Origin: Thraustochytrium aureum | Lineage: Eukaryota | Assembly (NCBI GenBank): GCA_012862495.1 | Contig: BLSG01000422.1 | Coordinates: 32,696-76,696 of the forward strand | Reading direction: 5' to 3' | Length of the DNA stretch: 44,001 nucleotides | In this document: positions 28,894-40,400 of the stretch, piece after piece | Layout: each line of letters begins with the position of its first letter | How positions within the stretch are numbered: position 1 is the first letter of the stretch | Program-made: the position numbers and the translations under genes | Notes under the pieces: model-generated | Database searches by the model: none | What the model saw: only the letters and a program-made list of their open reading frames with translations | What the model was told of the DNA's origin: nothing

Positions 28894-31647
28894 ATGAGGC
28901 TGTCCCCGCTCGCGGCGCGAGAGCGCGTCGTGAGCTTGAGCTTTCCCGTCCAGGGCAAAACTTGGGCAGCCGCGTCCGGGCCGGCCACCGCTAGCGGTCG
29001 AATCGCAAAGCAGCAGCCAAAGGGACTGCCCAAGGCGCTGCCAAAGGCCCTGTTTGTGTTGATGATCACTTTTGTGGCGCTCGCCGCCAGCAACATTGCG
29101 TCCTTTCTTCTGCAGAATGGCCGATCTCAAGTGGCGGACGGTCTGGGAACCGTGTTTTCGCAACCTGTCGGCGGCGCGTCGGCGCTGTCGCCGCCGGCCC
29201 GGGTGCAAGGCGGCGCGTTTCGGATCGCGTGTATCTGCAGACGTGAAAGCAAGGCAACCGTTGAGCTGCTGGACTCTTTGGGTGTCGCATCCGTGGTTGC
29301 TGGCGCGCTTGAGAACGTCGCCCTGTCCATTTTCGTCATGGGCTCTGCGCAGCACGAATCGGTGCAGGAACGCGCCAGCGTGGCGCGCCTCTACCAGTGG
29401 CCGCACGGTCCTAAAACAGTCGCTGTGCTACCGGAAGAAGACGAACTGGCCTTTCTGCTGAGCTGGAGGCCCTTTGCGGAACCAGACGCGGGGCCGCACG
29501 TGCTTGTCACCTCTGACGATTTCCGTCTCGCTCCACTTGCCCTCATTTGGCTTGAGCTGGTGTGGCGCTCTGTCGGCAGCGCTCAACTTGTCGGGGGGGT
29601 GGCGTTTACTAGTCCTCAAGGCGTCGAAGGACTGGCCGGTGCAGGGCCCGTTATCACTTCCAGCGCGGGTGCCCTCGCAAACGCGCAGGCACCATACAGC
29701 CCTCGGCAGCAAGCTTGGCGCGCGTACTTGACTGCAAGGCAAGAAGCGGGGAACGGCCCGCCGCTGACGTTTGCAGACTTTGTCACCTCGCGAGGCCATC
29801 GCTTCGCGTTTCCAAACGAGCAAGTGCTGAGGCAAACGTTCGCATACTCTCTTGCAGACCCCAGGGGGCGTACGGGACTTGGACGAGAGGACGAGGGTTT
29901 CTTGCGGTCCAAGTTGAGCGGTGCTCTCGTTTCCGACAACTCGTCGCAAACGAGCGAAACGCGGCTGGCGCCCACGGACTCTGCCATCGCGTCGGCTGCT
30001 GCAACAACGGCGTCGCGAATCTCGATTAGCGAGTTCAGTGACCTCGCCGCGCACATTAGGGCGATGAGCGATGGCCTGACGCCTATTGTCATTCAGCTCC
30101 TGAACGTCAAGTTTGCTGAAATGACCTCCAACTGGATCTGCAACTTGGTTGCGCTGCGTTCGGGCATGCTGGAGAAAATGCTTTTCATTTGCACTGACAA
30201 TGAGGCGCTCGAAGCTCTGCAGGACGCTGCAAGCGCAAGCGGGCTGCGCATTAACACCTTCTTGCAGCGCTACACTGCTTCGGCGCCAAAAGCAGCGCTC
30301 AGGTATGGCGAGATCGCGTATCACAGGTACATTCTGTTTCGATCGCGTATGCTGTACGCCTTGGCGCGCTCGGGCGTCGCCGTCCTCCTCACTGAATCAG
30401 ACGCTTTCTGGGCCAGGGACCCCATGTCGATTGTCCTCGGCGCCGTTCGCGTCGCCTCGACTCCACCGGATATTGTCACCATGAGCGACAGATTTGGCGA
30501 GCGGAATTCGCTGAACGGCGGTTTCCTGCTCCTCCTGCCCACGCCGCTCACGGTGGAAGCACTTGGTCGCGTTGTACTCAAGTTGCGCGCGCGCCTCAGC
30601 TTTCTCGCAACAGAATTCAAGGACGGAGAGTTTTTCGGGGCCAGAGGCAACGAGCAGTTCATGCTGGTGCGCGCGTTCTTGAAGATGGCCGCGGAAGGGA
30701 AGAGGATCAATGTTATCACGCTGCCTACGCGGCAATTTGCGTCTGGCCAGTGGTATCGCGCGCCGTTCGTGCTCGAGGCGCTCGACCCTTATGTGGTCCT
30801 CAACAACTTTCTTGTCGGCATAGATTCGAAAGTGGCCAGGGCCAAGCTCTGGGGCCATTGGTTTCTATCGAGCGACCAGCCCAGGCGGTGCCAGAACGAG
30901 TCTTCAGGCGCGAGGCCCCTCGGCCACGTCGCCGACCGCCTGGCGCAGAGTCGTCCCAAGATAGCTCAAAGTCTTTCCAACGGTGCTCACACCGCTGTGG
31001 AGAAGACCGGTGGCGTCACCTTGATCAGCGTCACGAAATCCGCAACAGTGAACTGGGCGTGTGTCAGTGCAGCCTTTGGCGTCCGTAGCTTTGACGGGAT
31101 CGTTTTCCTGTGCACATCAGAGTTGGCTTGCAGCGCGTTGCAGCAATGGGCGCGAAACGAAACAAAGAGTGTTGAAATCGTACATGCGAAGGGCTCAAGC
31201 GACGCGACGGCAAAACTTGGCTTGTATCTCGCCATGCGTGATGCCGCGGCTCCAGCAAGTGCTCCGGCATTCTTGAGTTCGGACCGCGTTGCATGGACTG
31301 CCACAGACGTCCTCGATCGCCTCAAGATGTATGCCGCCGATCTCGGCGCGGACGCGTTGCTGTTCGAAGGAGCCGTGCCTGGCAGCGTCGCGCCAGACAT
31401 GCTTTGGGTGGGGGGGACCAGCAAGGGCCTTAGCGTTGCGCGAGATGTTGCTGTGATTGCAGCAAAGCTTGTTCGCGGCCGGCTTTCCTCGCCCCGGATG
31501 GCCGAGGTGCTTTACAACTACACGGCCCGCCTCTCCGCTGAGCCAGACGGCCCTCGCGCCGCCATAGTCCCGCTAGCGCATGCTGCGGGCCTGGGCCTCG
31601 CTCGACTCGACCACTCCAGGAACGGCCCTTGCCAGACCCTTTACTAA
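28894..31647 (+). CDS. Type II membrane multi-domain glycosyltransferase with central nucleotide-diphospho-sugar transferase (Nucleotid_trans/GT77-like) domain
   Basis: TM ALFVLMITFVALAASNIASFLL. GT77-type motifs MTSNWICN, FICTD, VLLTESDAFW, LNGGFLLL, GNEQ, FASGQWY, LNNF..KVARAKLWGHWF. Confidence 0.85.
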   Translation: MRLSPLAARERVVSLSFPVQGKTWAAASGPATASGRIAKQQPKGLPKALPKALFVLMITFVALAASNIASFLLQNGRSQVADGLGTVFSQPVGGASALSPPARVQGGAFRIACICRRESKATVELLDSLGVASVVAGALENVALSIFVMGSAQHESVQERASVARLYQWPHGPKTVAVLPEEDELAFLLSWRPFAEPDAGPHVLVTSDDFRLAPLALIWLELVWRSVGSAQLVGGVAFTSPQGVEGLAGAGPVITSSAGALANAQAPYSPRQQAWRAYLTARQEAGNGPPLTFADFVTSRGHRFAFPNEQVLRQTFAYSLADPRGRTGLGREDEGFLRSKLSGALVSDNSSQTSETRLAPTDSAIASAAATTASRISISEFSDLAAHIRAMSDGLTPIVIQLLNVKFAEMTSNWICNLVALRSGMLEKMLFICTDNEALEALQDAASASGLRINTFLQRYTASAPKAALRYGEIAYHRYILFRSRMLYALARSGVAVLLTESDAFWARDPMSIVLGAVRVASTPPDIVTMSDRFGERNSLNGGFLLLLPTPLTVEALGRVVLKLRARLSFLATEFKDGEFFGARGNEQFMLVRAFLKMAAEGKRINVITLPTRQFASGQWYRAPFVLEALDPYVVLNNFLVGIDSKVARAKLWGHWFLSSDQPRRCQNESSGARPLGHVADRLAQSRPKIAQSLSNGAHTAVEKTGGVTLISVTKSATVNWACVSAAFGVRSFDGIVFLCTSELACSALQQWARNETKSVEIVHAKGSSDATAKLGLYLAMRDAAAPASAPAFLSSDRVAWTATDVLDRLKMYAADLGADALLFEGAVPGSVAPDMLWVGGTSKGLSVARDVAVIAAKLVRGRLSSPRMAEVLYNYTARLSAEPDGPRAAIVPLAHAAGLGLARLDHSRNGPCQTLY

Positions 31648-31804
31648 ACGACCCACCAGTTCTCTTCGGAATTCAAACCATCGTTCGATCCTGAAGCTTC
31701 ACTTGCCGCGAGCGTCGACGTCCCGGCCTCGGCCGCGTTCGCGCGACACAGGCTCGACACGCTTACGACCAAGGCGCGGCCTGCGAGCGCGCAACTCCAC
31801 GGCT

Positions 31805-31920
31805 CGCGATTCCAGCAAAGATCCCACCGCTGGGCCTCGCGATTCCGACGAAAGGCTTCGCAGGGCGCGCGATTCCACTGCAGGGCGCGCGATTCCAGCG
31901 CATGCGGACGGCGCGATTCC
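31805..31920 (+). repeat. Five direct copies of CGCGATTCC with variable spacers upstream of arrestin gene
   Basis: Copies start at 31805, 31838, 31868, 31888 and 31912. Confidence 0.85.
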
Positions 31921-32135
31921 AGCGGGGCTCGCGCCGCCAGTGGGGTGTGCGCCATGTACTTTCGATGTGTTCCAACAAGTTGCTTCGGGCTTGCTCGAAG
32001 CTGTTGTTGTGTCCAGCGCTTGGCGAGCAAGCTAGCCAGATCCTTTGCTCCGTCCAGCACCGGTGCCTCGCGGACGACGACAAACGGCGGGATCTCAATC
32101 GTGCGCGCCCGGGCGGGGCCAAGGAGAGTTGAGCG

Positions 32136-33280
32136 ATGGGCAGCGCCAACTCGGCCGAGAGTAGGCAAGTGGCGATCGACGTCGCGCTGGACAAACCCGA
32201 GTACTTCGCAGGGGACGTTGTGCGCGGATTCGTTCTCGCGCGGGTTAAGGAGAGGGTGAGGTGCAGCGGGGTTGACGCCTCGTTGGAGTGCAACGTCGTC
32301 ACAGCGTCAGCCGCGCACGGCCCCGGCGACTCGGACTCGAGCAAGCGGGACCAGGCCGCGTTCGACCCCGTCCGCTTTCGCGCGGCAGAGTTCCAAGGGG
32401 AAGTGCTCCCGGGAGACTACCAGTTCGTCTTTTCGCTGCAGCTCCCAGCGAACTGCCCGCCGTCCGTCGTCGTCGACAAGGAAAGGTATTTGCTACTGTG
32501 ACCTACAAGGTCAAAGTGAAGTTTAGGCGGCCGGAGCTGCTCAAGCGGGACCTCGTCAAGGAGTACGTTTTCAGGGTTTTCTCGCAGCCCCCTCCCACGG
32601 TGCAGCCGGCCTCTGCGCTTCGACGCGCCATGATCCCGTCGCTCTGCTGCTGGCAGCTCGGGACCATCGAAATCCAGGCCACGACGAACAAGGACGCCTA
32701 CCAGGCAGGCGACACGGTGGAGGTCACCTACAGTATCGCCAATCACTCCAAGTACTTGGTCACAAGCGTCGAGGCGCACCTGAACGAGAAGTGCCTGATC
32801 AAGCACAGCTCGGGCGACTCCTCGCCCACAAGCAAGGAGCGCATGTCGTGCTCCATGGAGCAGGTCAAAATTGAGAGCGGGGCGCAGTCCAACGGGACGA
32901 TAGCGCTCCCGTTTGTGGTCTCGGCGCCTTCCTGCGTCATCGGCAGGAAGGACAAGCTCACCGTCAAGCATCAGCTCGTGCTCAAGGTCAATCTCGCAAA
33001 GACAATGGTCAACGCCGCTGTCAAGGTGCCCTTGCACGCGTATGGCTACTACGCCTCGGAGCCAGGGGCGGCTGGGGGCGAGGTTCGAGAAGCCGAGCTC
33101 GTGCCGTATGTCCTCGACGCGGAGCTCATCAAAGCTAGCGAGCCCTTCGCCCCGTGGGTTTCTTCCGCCAAGTCGACGCCTGGGGGCGACTATGCTGATG
33201 CGCCAAAGGCTGCTCTGGCGGTGTCCGTCTCCATGCCTGCCGACGTCGAGATGGCCCCAGTGGCTGTGCCCGCCAAGTGA
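32136..33280 (+). CDS. Arrestin-domain (alpha-arrestin-like) protein; apparent frameshift near 32480
   Basis: Arrestin_N: LDKPEYFAGDVVRG, PGDYQFVFSLQLPANCPPS, VTYKVKV. Arrestin_C: NKDAYQAGDTVEVTYSIANHS, PSC..LTVKHQLVLKV. Confidence 0.85.
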
Positions 33281-33824
33281 ACCGCGCCGCGCGAGTGCCG
33301 TGGCGAAGAGTAGCTGTGCTGCTTTGGCTCAATCAAACGGCGGAATCGACTCGGCTCGCCAGGAGCGGCTGAGCCCTTGCTGAAACCCCTCCATCACCAT
33401 TCATAACATACATCTTGATTGGGCCTTTGCATGCATGCTCGCTCGCTCGTCTTCGGCGACGCGCCAGTCATCAGCGCGACCGTCCTGCAACGCATGCTCG
33501 AGGGCTTGCGCCAAGCCAAGCCACAGCATCGATCGACTCGGAAGATGCTGGCGTCACAGCGGCGTGTGGGCCTTGTGAACAACGAACAATTTGTCGCATT
33601 GGAACCAGTCGTGCAGGCCTTCTCCGCGCGAGGGAGCAGTGCAGGAGCCGAGCAGGCCGTCGTCCCGCGCTTGTACCTGCGATTGCTTCAAGGCGGGCGG
33701 GCCAGACCGCGGTCGTGGGCAAGTGCTGATCGGCGAGCCCGGGTCTCGCTCACGCTCCTTCTGGCGCGAACGTGGCTGGTGGGTTGTGGATTCAAAATTG
33801 CCGACCAGCCGAGCCAGGAGGGCC

Positions 33825-35231
33825 ATGGCGCCGCGACTGAAGCGGGTCGCGCTGAAGCGGGCGATCCGCGCCGAGGTCGCCAAGACCACTGACCTCAACA
33901 TCCCCGTCAAGGTCCTCCGCGAGGCGGTGGCCAAAGCGATGGACATAGAACCTCAAGTCCTCAAGGCCTACAAGGATTTCGTCGAATTGGTCGCGCAGGC
34001 CTTGGACGCCAAGGGCAAAGCTTCTGGGCCCAAGGGCAAAAAGGCCGGTGCCGCAAAGGCGCGCAAAGCGTCGGGCGTGCCACCGAAGGAGAAAAAGGCC
34101 AAGTCGCTCGCGAGCGAAGCTGTTGCCGCGGCCCAGCCGAGCCGCAAGCGCGCGCAGAGCTCGGACATCTCAGAGGACGAGGACTTTGTCTCGGACAAGG
34201 ACAATGCGGGCGCAGGCTTGAACGAAGCTGCTTCTGAGGCTGACTCTGACGAGGGCGAGAGCGATGCCTCCAGGAGGACGCTTCAAGCCCCAAGAATCGC
34301 GCCAGAGTGGCCGAGGCCGCGCCAGAAACGGAGGAAGAGAAGATGCTCAAGCTGCTCTCGCGATTCGTGACCGCGTCGGGGATCGGACCGGCCATCTACC
34401 GGGGCCTCCCCAGCGAGGGCATGGCGCGCGTCAGGGCTCTCTCGGAGGCGCTCAAGGAGAACGGCGCAAGGTTTGACGGCCTCGTGCCGAACGAACGGGA
34501 CATCGCTTCCGCAAAGCGCCGCAGGGAGAAGGAGCGCGACCTCGAGGACATCGACGCGAGCAACATTATTGACGAAGAGGAGGAATCCAGGCCCCGTCGA
34601 CGCGCAACGGCCAAGCGCATCAAGTATGCGTTCAGCGACGACGACGAGGAGGAGGCCTCGGCCGCGAAGGACAGCGACCCCGACGCGAAGGCAGACCACG
34701 ACGAAGACGAAGAGGAGGAGTTTCGCGCCAGCGAGGAGAGTGATGCCAGTGAGGACGACGGCAGCGAAGCGCACGGAAGTGGCGCAGAAGCTGGAAAGGC
34801 TACAAAGTCCAAAGACAGGTCCAAGCGGCAGCGCTCCTCCAAGGGGCTCGGAAGGCCCGCGCGACCCTGAGTCGGCAGGGCGAAAGTCTTCTGGAAAGAA
34901 AGCCTCAGGGGCGGAAGCCTCGGAGAAAAAGCCGAAACCCATCAAGAGTGCGAGCGCGAAGCGCGCCGCTGACAATGACGCTTCCGACGACAAAGAGGCG
35001 GAGCAGGAAGACGAGGACGAGGCCGAGGACGACGTCGAGGACGACGAGGACGACGACGACGACGATGACTTTGAGGACGATTTTGCAAGCGACGCAAACT
35101 CGACGCCGGCCCGCAAGAGGTCGCTCAGCGCCGCGAGCGAGTCCATGAGCAACGAGAACAGCAAACGGAAAAAGAAGCGCGCGAAACGTCGGGCGAGCGA
35201 GCTGTCCTCCTCCTCCGACGACGAACTTTAG
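33825..35231 (+). CDS. HIRIP3-like histone chaperone (DEK-C-like N-terminus, CHZ motif, acidic/basic tail); apparent frameshifts near 34270 and 34845
   Basis: CHZ-type motif KRRREKERDLEDIDASNIIDEEEESRPRRR, N-terminal helical VKVLREAVAKAMDI, long D/E tracts and an NLS-like KRKKKR. Confidence 0.7.
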
Positions 35232-35442
35232 CATTGATGCCAAACGACCACAATACCCCCAACTTGAACCGCCCTTATTGTTTTTTTCGAGGCGCGCTTC
35301 GCTCAAAAGAAGAACGACCAAATAGGAAACAAACAAAAAACGCGGACCCAAAGGATCATTGACAGTGCAGCATGGGGGTTTCAAAACAAATCAGGGCCAA
35401 TAGGAAGACCAAATCCATACAAAAACGACCAGCACGGCAACC

Positions 35443-36519
35443 TCACTCGGCGGCGTCGCCCTCGATGAGGCCTTCCTCGTCGCCCTCGACGAGGCCTTCC
35501 TCGCCCTGGTCGGCCTCAGCGCCGTCCTCCTCTTCCACCCACCAGTCAAAGATACCCAGGCTCTCGGTTGACATGTGGGCCATGACCACCATCGGGGCAG
35601 CAGCCTGCAAAAGCTTGAGCGCTTCTTCGGTCTTGCCCGCCTCCAAGCTCAGCTTTGCAAGGTCGTCGGCAACGCTGACGTCCTCGCGAAACGGCCCAAA
35701 GTCCACGCTCTTCACTTGGACGCGCGCCTTATTGCCGATCTCGACGTAAAACCCGTGCCTGTCGCCGTCCTCTTCTTGGGCGCCGCCCTGGGCGCGCGCT
35801 TCTGCCGCTGCCGGGTTGCCCTGCGCCTCGTCGCCGTCCGCCGCGGTTTCCCCCGTGAAGAAGTTCCACTCCCAATAGGGCCCGGTCGCGGCGCTGTGGA
35901 GGTAGGTGGAGGGCTGCGGCAGCGCTGAGGCGGCCACGTAAACGTTTTCGAAAAACCCGAGCGAGACCTGGACGTAGTGCCGCGTGATCGCCACAACGCG
36001 GCCTTCGAGCACCTCGCCAGGGAAGGGCTTGAAGACGACCAGCTCAAACTTGACGTCCACGTGCGCCGCCCCATCCCCGGGGTAGATGTGCGAGTCGCCC
36101 ACCTTGACCAGCTTCCTAACGCACACGCACAGCCCCACGCTGCGCACGACGCGGTTCGCATACTTGTCTTCCAGCAGCTTGGTCAGCACGGCGTCCTTGC
36201 CGAGCGTCTGGTGCTTGAACAGTCGCGCAGGNNNNNNNNNNNNNNNNNNNNNNNNNNNNNNNNNNNNNNNNNNNNNNNNNNNNNNNNNNNNNNNNNNNNN
36301 NNNNNNNNNNNNNNNNNNNNNNNNNNNNNNNNNNNNNNNNNNNNNNNNNNNNNNNNNNNNNNNNNNNNNNNNNNNNNNNNNNNNNNNNNNNNNNNNNNNN
36401 NNNNNNNNNNNNNNNNNNNNNNNNNNNNNNNNNNNNNNNNNNNNNTTGCCGAGCGTCTGGTGCTTGAACAGTCGCGCAGGTACGCGTATCGTGTCGCTCA
36501 TTCCATGCACGTAAAACAT
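35443..36519 (-). CDS. POLR3H: RNA polymerase III subunit RPC8 (Rpc25/POLR3H); spans a spurious gap
   Basis: MF....SDTIRVP, KYANRVVRSVGLCVCV, IYPGDGAAHVDVKFELVVFKPFPGEVLEG, VSLGFFENVYV, and terminal ESLGIFDWW. Confidence 0.92.
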   Translation of the reverse strand: MFYVHGMSDTIRVPARLFKHQTLGXXXXXXXXXXXXXXXXXXXXXXXXXXXXXXXXXXXXXXXXXXXXXXXXXXXXXXXXXXXXXXXXXXXXXXXXPARLFKHQTLGKDAVLTKLLEDKYANRVVRSVGLCVCVRKLVKVGDSHIYPGDGAAHVDVKFELVVFKPFPGEVLEGRVVAITRHYVQVSLGFFENVYVAASALPQPSTYLHSAATGPYWEWNFFTGETAADGDEAQGNPAAAEARAQGGAQEEDGDRHGFYVEIGNKARVQVKSVDFGPFREDVSVADDLAKLSLEAGKTEEALKLLQAAAPMVVMAHMSTESLGIFDWWVEEEDGAEADQGEEGLVEGDEEGLIEGDAAE

Positions 36520-37447
36520 CTTGCCAGGCACGTCCGAGCGACGCGCGCTGCCGCCGCCAAGCGCCCGTCTGCCAAGCAGGCCGACCTCGCCACGGCCTGT
36601 CGCGCTCCGCAGCTCGACCCAGATGGGGGCTTGCTTGCTCTTTCGACCACTGCTCGGGCGACGGTTCTGTTGTTCGCTGTGGGCGCCGTATCTTCCCATG
36701 TTCGCCAGGTGTCCGTTGGCGCCGTGCAGGCATCCAAGCCGCGCAGTGGGCAGGCAGGACAGCCGACGCCGGTGCCAGCAGCTCGGTGCTGCGCGCTTCG
36801 GCTGCGCCGTGCTCGTGCAAGGCCGTCGTGCGCGCTTCAGCTCGACGCACTGGCGAGGCCCGAACTCCGGCCAGTTCGCTGCTCGCCGCCATTGCATGCG
36901 CCGGTGCGCCAGAGATAGCGAGCGAGCGAGAGAGAGAGAACGGGCACGCAGACTCGACGGCGGGCCATGCGCGGGCGCGGCGCAGGTGCCTGGCAGCAAG
37001 CTCGAGCGGTCTCTTGTTTTGGGCTTTTCCTTGTTGCGTGCTTCGGGCGTTGTTTTTCTCGTTGGTTTTTTCTTTTCTTTCCTAAGGCCTCGGCTTCCTT
37101 TTGGCCGAGGTTTCGTTCGTTTTCAACGGCACCAGAGACCGAACGAACACCCACACGCAAGAGGCCGCCAGCGGCTCCGGCACGCGGGCGCGCGGGCACG
37201 CAGCAGGCGCGAGCGGTCTGCTTCGTCAAGGCCGCGCACTCGCCAGTGGCGCCGCTGGCGCCGCCGCTGGCCTGCGTCGGCTGCGTTGGGTGCGCTGCAG
37301 ACGGAGATCCGCCCGCACGGAGCGAGCGCCTCGTGGCGGGTGGCGCGGCGCATGCAGGGAGCGGGCTGCCAGGGCTGAAAGGGAGGGCGAGGAGCGGCAG
37401 GTTGGCGGTGGGCGGCCGGCGAACGTGGCGCGGGAACGGCGGCAGTG

Positions 37448-40400
37448 ATGCCGTCGTCGCCCACCTCGTCGTCAGGCTCGCTCAAGCTGAACGTTGGCGC
37501 GGCTCAGGCGAAAGCTGGGGCGTTCAACACAAGAACAATACAAATTCTAAGCGCACTGCACAACCTGACGGTGGCCAAATGCGACGCAGCGACACCAGTC
37601 GAGGCCAGAGAGTGTCAAGAGAGCCTTGCCGGACTCTGCGTGCTCTCGCGCAAGTCGGCAGCCAAGAGCATTATTCTCCGGTCTGTCAGCAAGATCTTGC
37701 TCAACGTGTTTTCCCAGTATCGCGCGTACGCCTCAACCCTGCAAAGCGCCTGCGACCTGGTTTGGAGCTTGGCCTACCACGACCAAGCAGTGCAACAGGC
37801 CTTCGCAGAGTCCGGGGTCTGCGCCGCGGTCCTCGGCTCGGCGATTGGGAACGCTTCTGATGCCGGCTTGCTGAAGAGCGCGTTTTGGCGCTGTCTCCAG
37901 CCTTTGCCGTCACGCGCAGAATCAGGCGTCGCCGCGCAGGCAGGAGCAGTAGACCTGCTCCTTCGCACGCTCGAGCGCGACGGGCTTGGCGACCCCGTGC
38001 TAGTGCAGTATGCCCTCGATGCCAGCGCCTCTGTTTGCCACGCAAACGAAAAGAACGGGGCGGCTTTCCTCAACAAGGGCGGCGTGTCGCATGTCAGAGC
38101 CGCTCTGGACAAGCACACGTCGAACACGGCGATCGTGCGCTCAGCCTGCATCGTTCTCGTTGTGCTTCGAGACCGACCTGGGGGGGCGCAACTGATCGTC
38201 GATGCGGGGCGATTCCACCGCTTTTGGCGACGATCAAGGCCCACACCCGCGTCGCCGAGCTGGAGCACATCCTGTGCCCCTTTTGGGCCAACTCTTGCGG
38301 GAGGTGCCCAACTTGTCGATGCAGATCGTCGGCGGGGGCGGTGTCCCGGCGACTCTCGAGTGCTTGCTGAATCACCCGGGGCACTATTTTATTATCGAGG
38401 CCGGGTGTCTCATTTTNNNNNNNNNNNNNNNNNNNNNNNNNNNNNNNNNNNNNNNNNNNNNNNNNNNNNNNNNNNNNNNNNNNNNNNNNNNNNNNNNNNN
38501 NNNNNNNNNNNNNNNNNNNNNNNNNNNNACTATTTTATTATCGAGGCCGGGTGTCTCATTTTGAGCGGGTGCTGCGCGGCACAACAGCGGGAAGCAGAGG
38601 CGAAGGAGGCCACCAGCTTGGCCGGCTCTGGAAGGGGGCGCCTCCCGGATATTGTCGCGGCAGCTTCGTGGCAAGGTCTGCTGGCAGTGCTCAGCCAGCC
38701 CACAGCAGCGGCCAGCAAGCACAGCGTGTACATTTCGAGCATCAAGGTGCTCGCCCAGTTTTGCCGCCTTGCCAAGGCAGCCGGTGCGCCCAACGCCTCG
38801 CACGCCCAGCTCCTGCAGCGCGTCTTTTCGCTCGCTGGCCAGCTGGACAACACTCTGCTGCCTCAGTACCTTGCTGCGATGGAGTCGCTCTTCTCCACGA
38901 GCTGCCTTGGCGCGGTCGCTGCGGGTGCGGACACTTGGGTTGGCGCCTGGCTTGACGGCGCAGAATCCTCCCCCAAGCTCGCCTGCCTCCTCGCCTGCTT
39001 TGGCACCGTAGAGATCCTCGCGCACGACGATCGCGCGCTCGTTTCGTGGGTGCGAGCCTCGGCGGAGCCACTTCGCCTCGCGGAAATGCAACCCGTGGTC
39101 GCCGGCGCACTCGCACGACTCCAGATGATGGACCGCGAAAAGAAGGAAGCCCGCGAGAAGCGCGACGGCAAGCTTTTGCACCAAATGAGGGCCATGTTTT
39201 CTATTCTCGGCGCACTGTTGCTGTGCCGGCAAAATCGGCAGGGCGCCCCAGACCTGCTGGAGCGCGACTCTTCCTGGGCCGAGCTCGTTACGTGTGCTCT
39301 GGGGTGGCTACGGGAATTGCGCACCCCGGAGCTTCTCACCTGCTCCAAGCTGGGCGTTGAGGAGCGCCACGTCGTTGTGCTTCACTGCATCATAGCTGTG
39401 TTGCGACTCGTCGCGTGCGCGCTTTACAAGGAGCGCCAGCTCACCTTGCGAAGCATGGCGAGCAATGGCGGGGTCACTCTCGTGCTGCAGATTCAAAAGC
39501 AGGTCAAAGCGCTTGACGCAGATCACGTGGCAGAGCCAGCGGGCTCGAAAGACGTGGCAGCGCCCGCGCCGACCGATCAGCTTGCTTCCGCTCAGGCGTG
39601 TTGCCTCGAGGCCGCTGCGACGATTCTTCGGTTGATTGGTGCTGGCGTTGCTCCAGCGCTCCCGGACCGCCCCACGAAAGCTCGCCTCGAGCAAGCCTTT
39701 GCGAAGCGGTCGGAAGCGATCCACGAGATTCGCAAGGAGAACGAGCGTCGTGCTGCGCAGGCGCTCGCGCTCCAGAGAGCACAAGCATGCGCTGTAAACT
39801 GCGCCGAGGGGCTTCAAGCCCGCAGGGATCCCACGGACACTGGCCCCGAGCATGAAGCGCGCGGCACCCAGGACGAGGCGAGGCGAGCCAGAGCGCATGC
39901 TTCGGCTCTCACCCGAGGCACGGATGCAAACGCAGTTGGCAGCCAGAGCACACCAAGTCGAGCAAAGCACAACGGGAGCGAGAACGCGAGTCCATCGCAA
40001 GTGACCGAAGCAAGCGAGGCACCCGAGGCTCACGAGGAGGAGGAAGAAGCGGCACCCGCCTGCGATCGGGACGATCAGCGTGAGCGAGAAGACGGCGCTG
40101 AAGCGGATGAGGAGGACGCGAGCGGCGGGGACGATTCTGATGCGGACGAGAGCGACGAAGAGGCGCCTCTGGCAGACTATAGTAGCGGACTGGAGGACAA
40201 TGTGGAGGCCGCGGCTAGCGTGGACCAAGACGACGGCGCCGCTGTCGCTGAGGACGACGGTGCCGCGGACGACCAGAGTTGGGGAAAGCCCTTCAACAGG
40301 GTCGAATCGCTGGCTGCGCAGCCTCATTTTGTGGCGGAGCTGCCCTCGCTCTTGCACGACCTTGGCCCGGAGGACGTCGAGCCGTGCACTCCCATCAGCA

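Noticed and set aside
31805..31920. CRISPR-like array
   Set aside because: The repeat is only 9 nt with irregular short spacers, in a eukaryotic context with no cas genes.
33394..33820. Possible small gene upstream of HIRIP3-like gene
   Set aside because: No coherent frame, motif or splice pattern.
6085..38290. Calling the frameshifted genes pseudogenes or programmed-frameshift genes
   Set aside because: Catalytic motifs are intact, indels go in both directions and sit mostly at homopolymers, and there is no shared slippery heptamer; sequencing error is more parsimonious.
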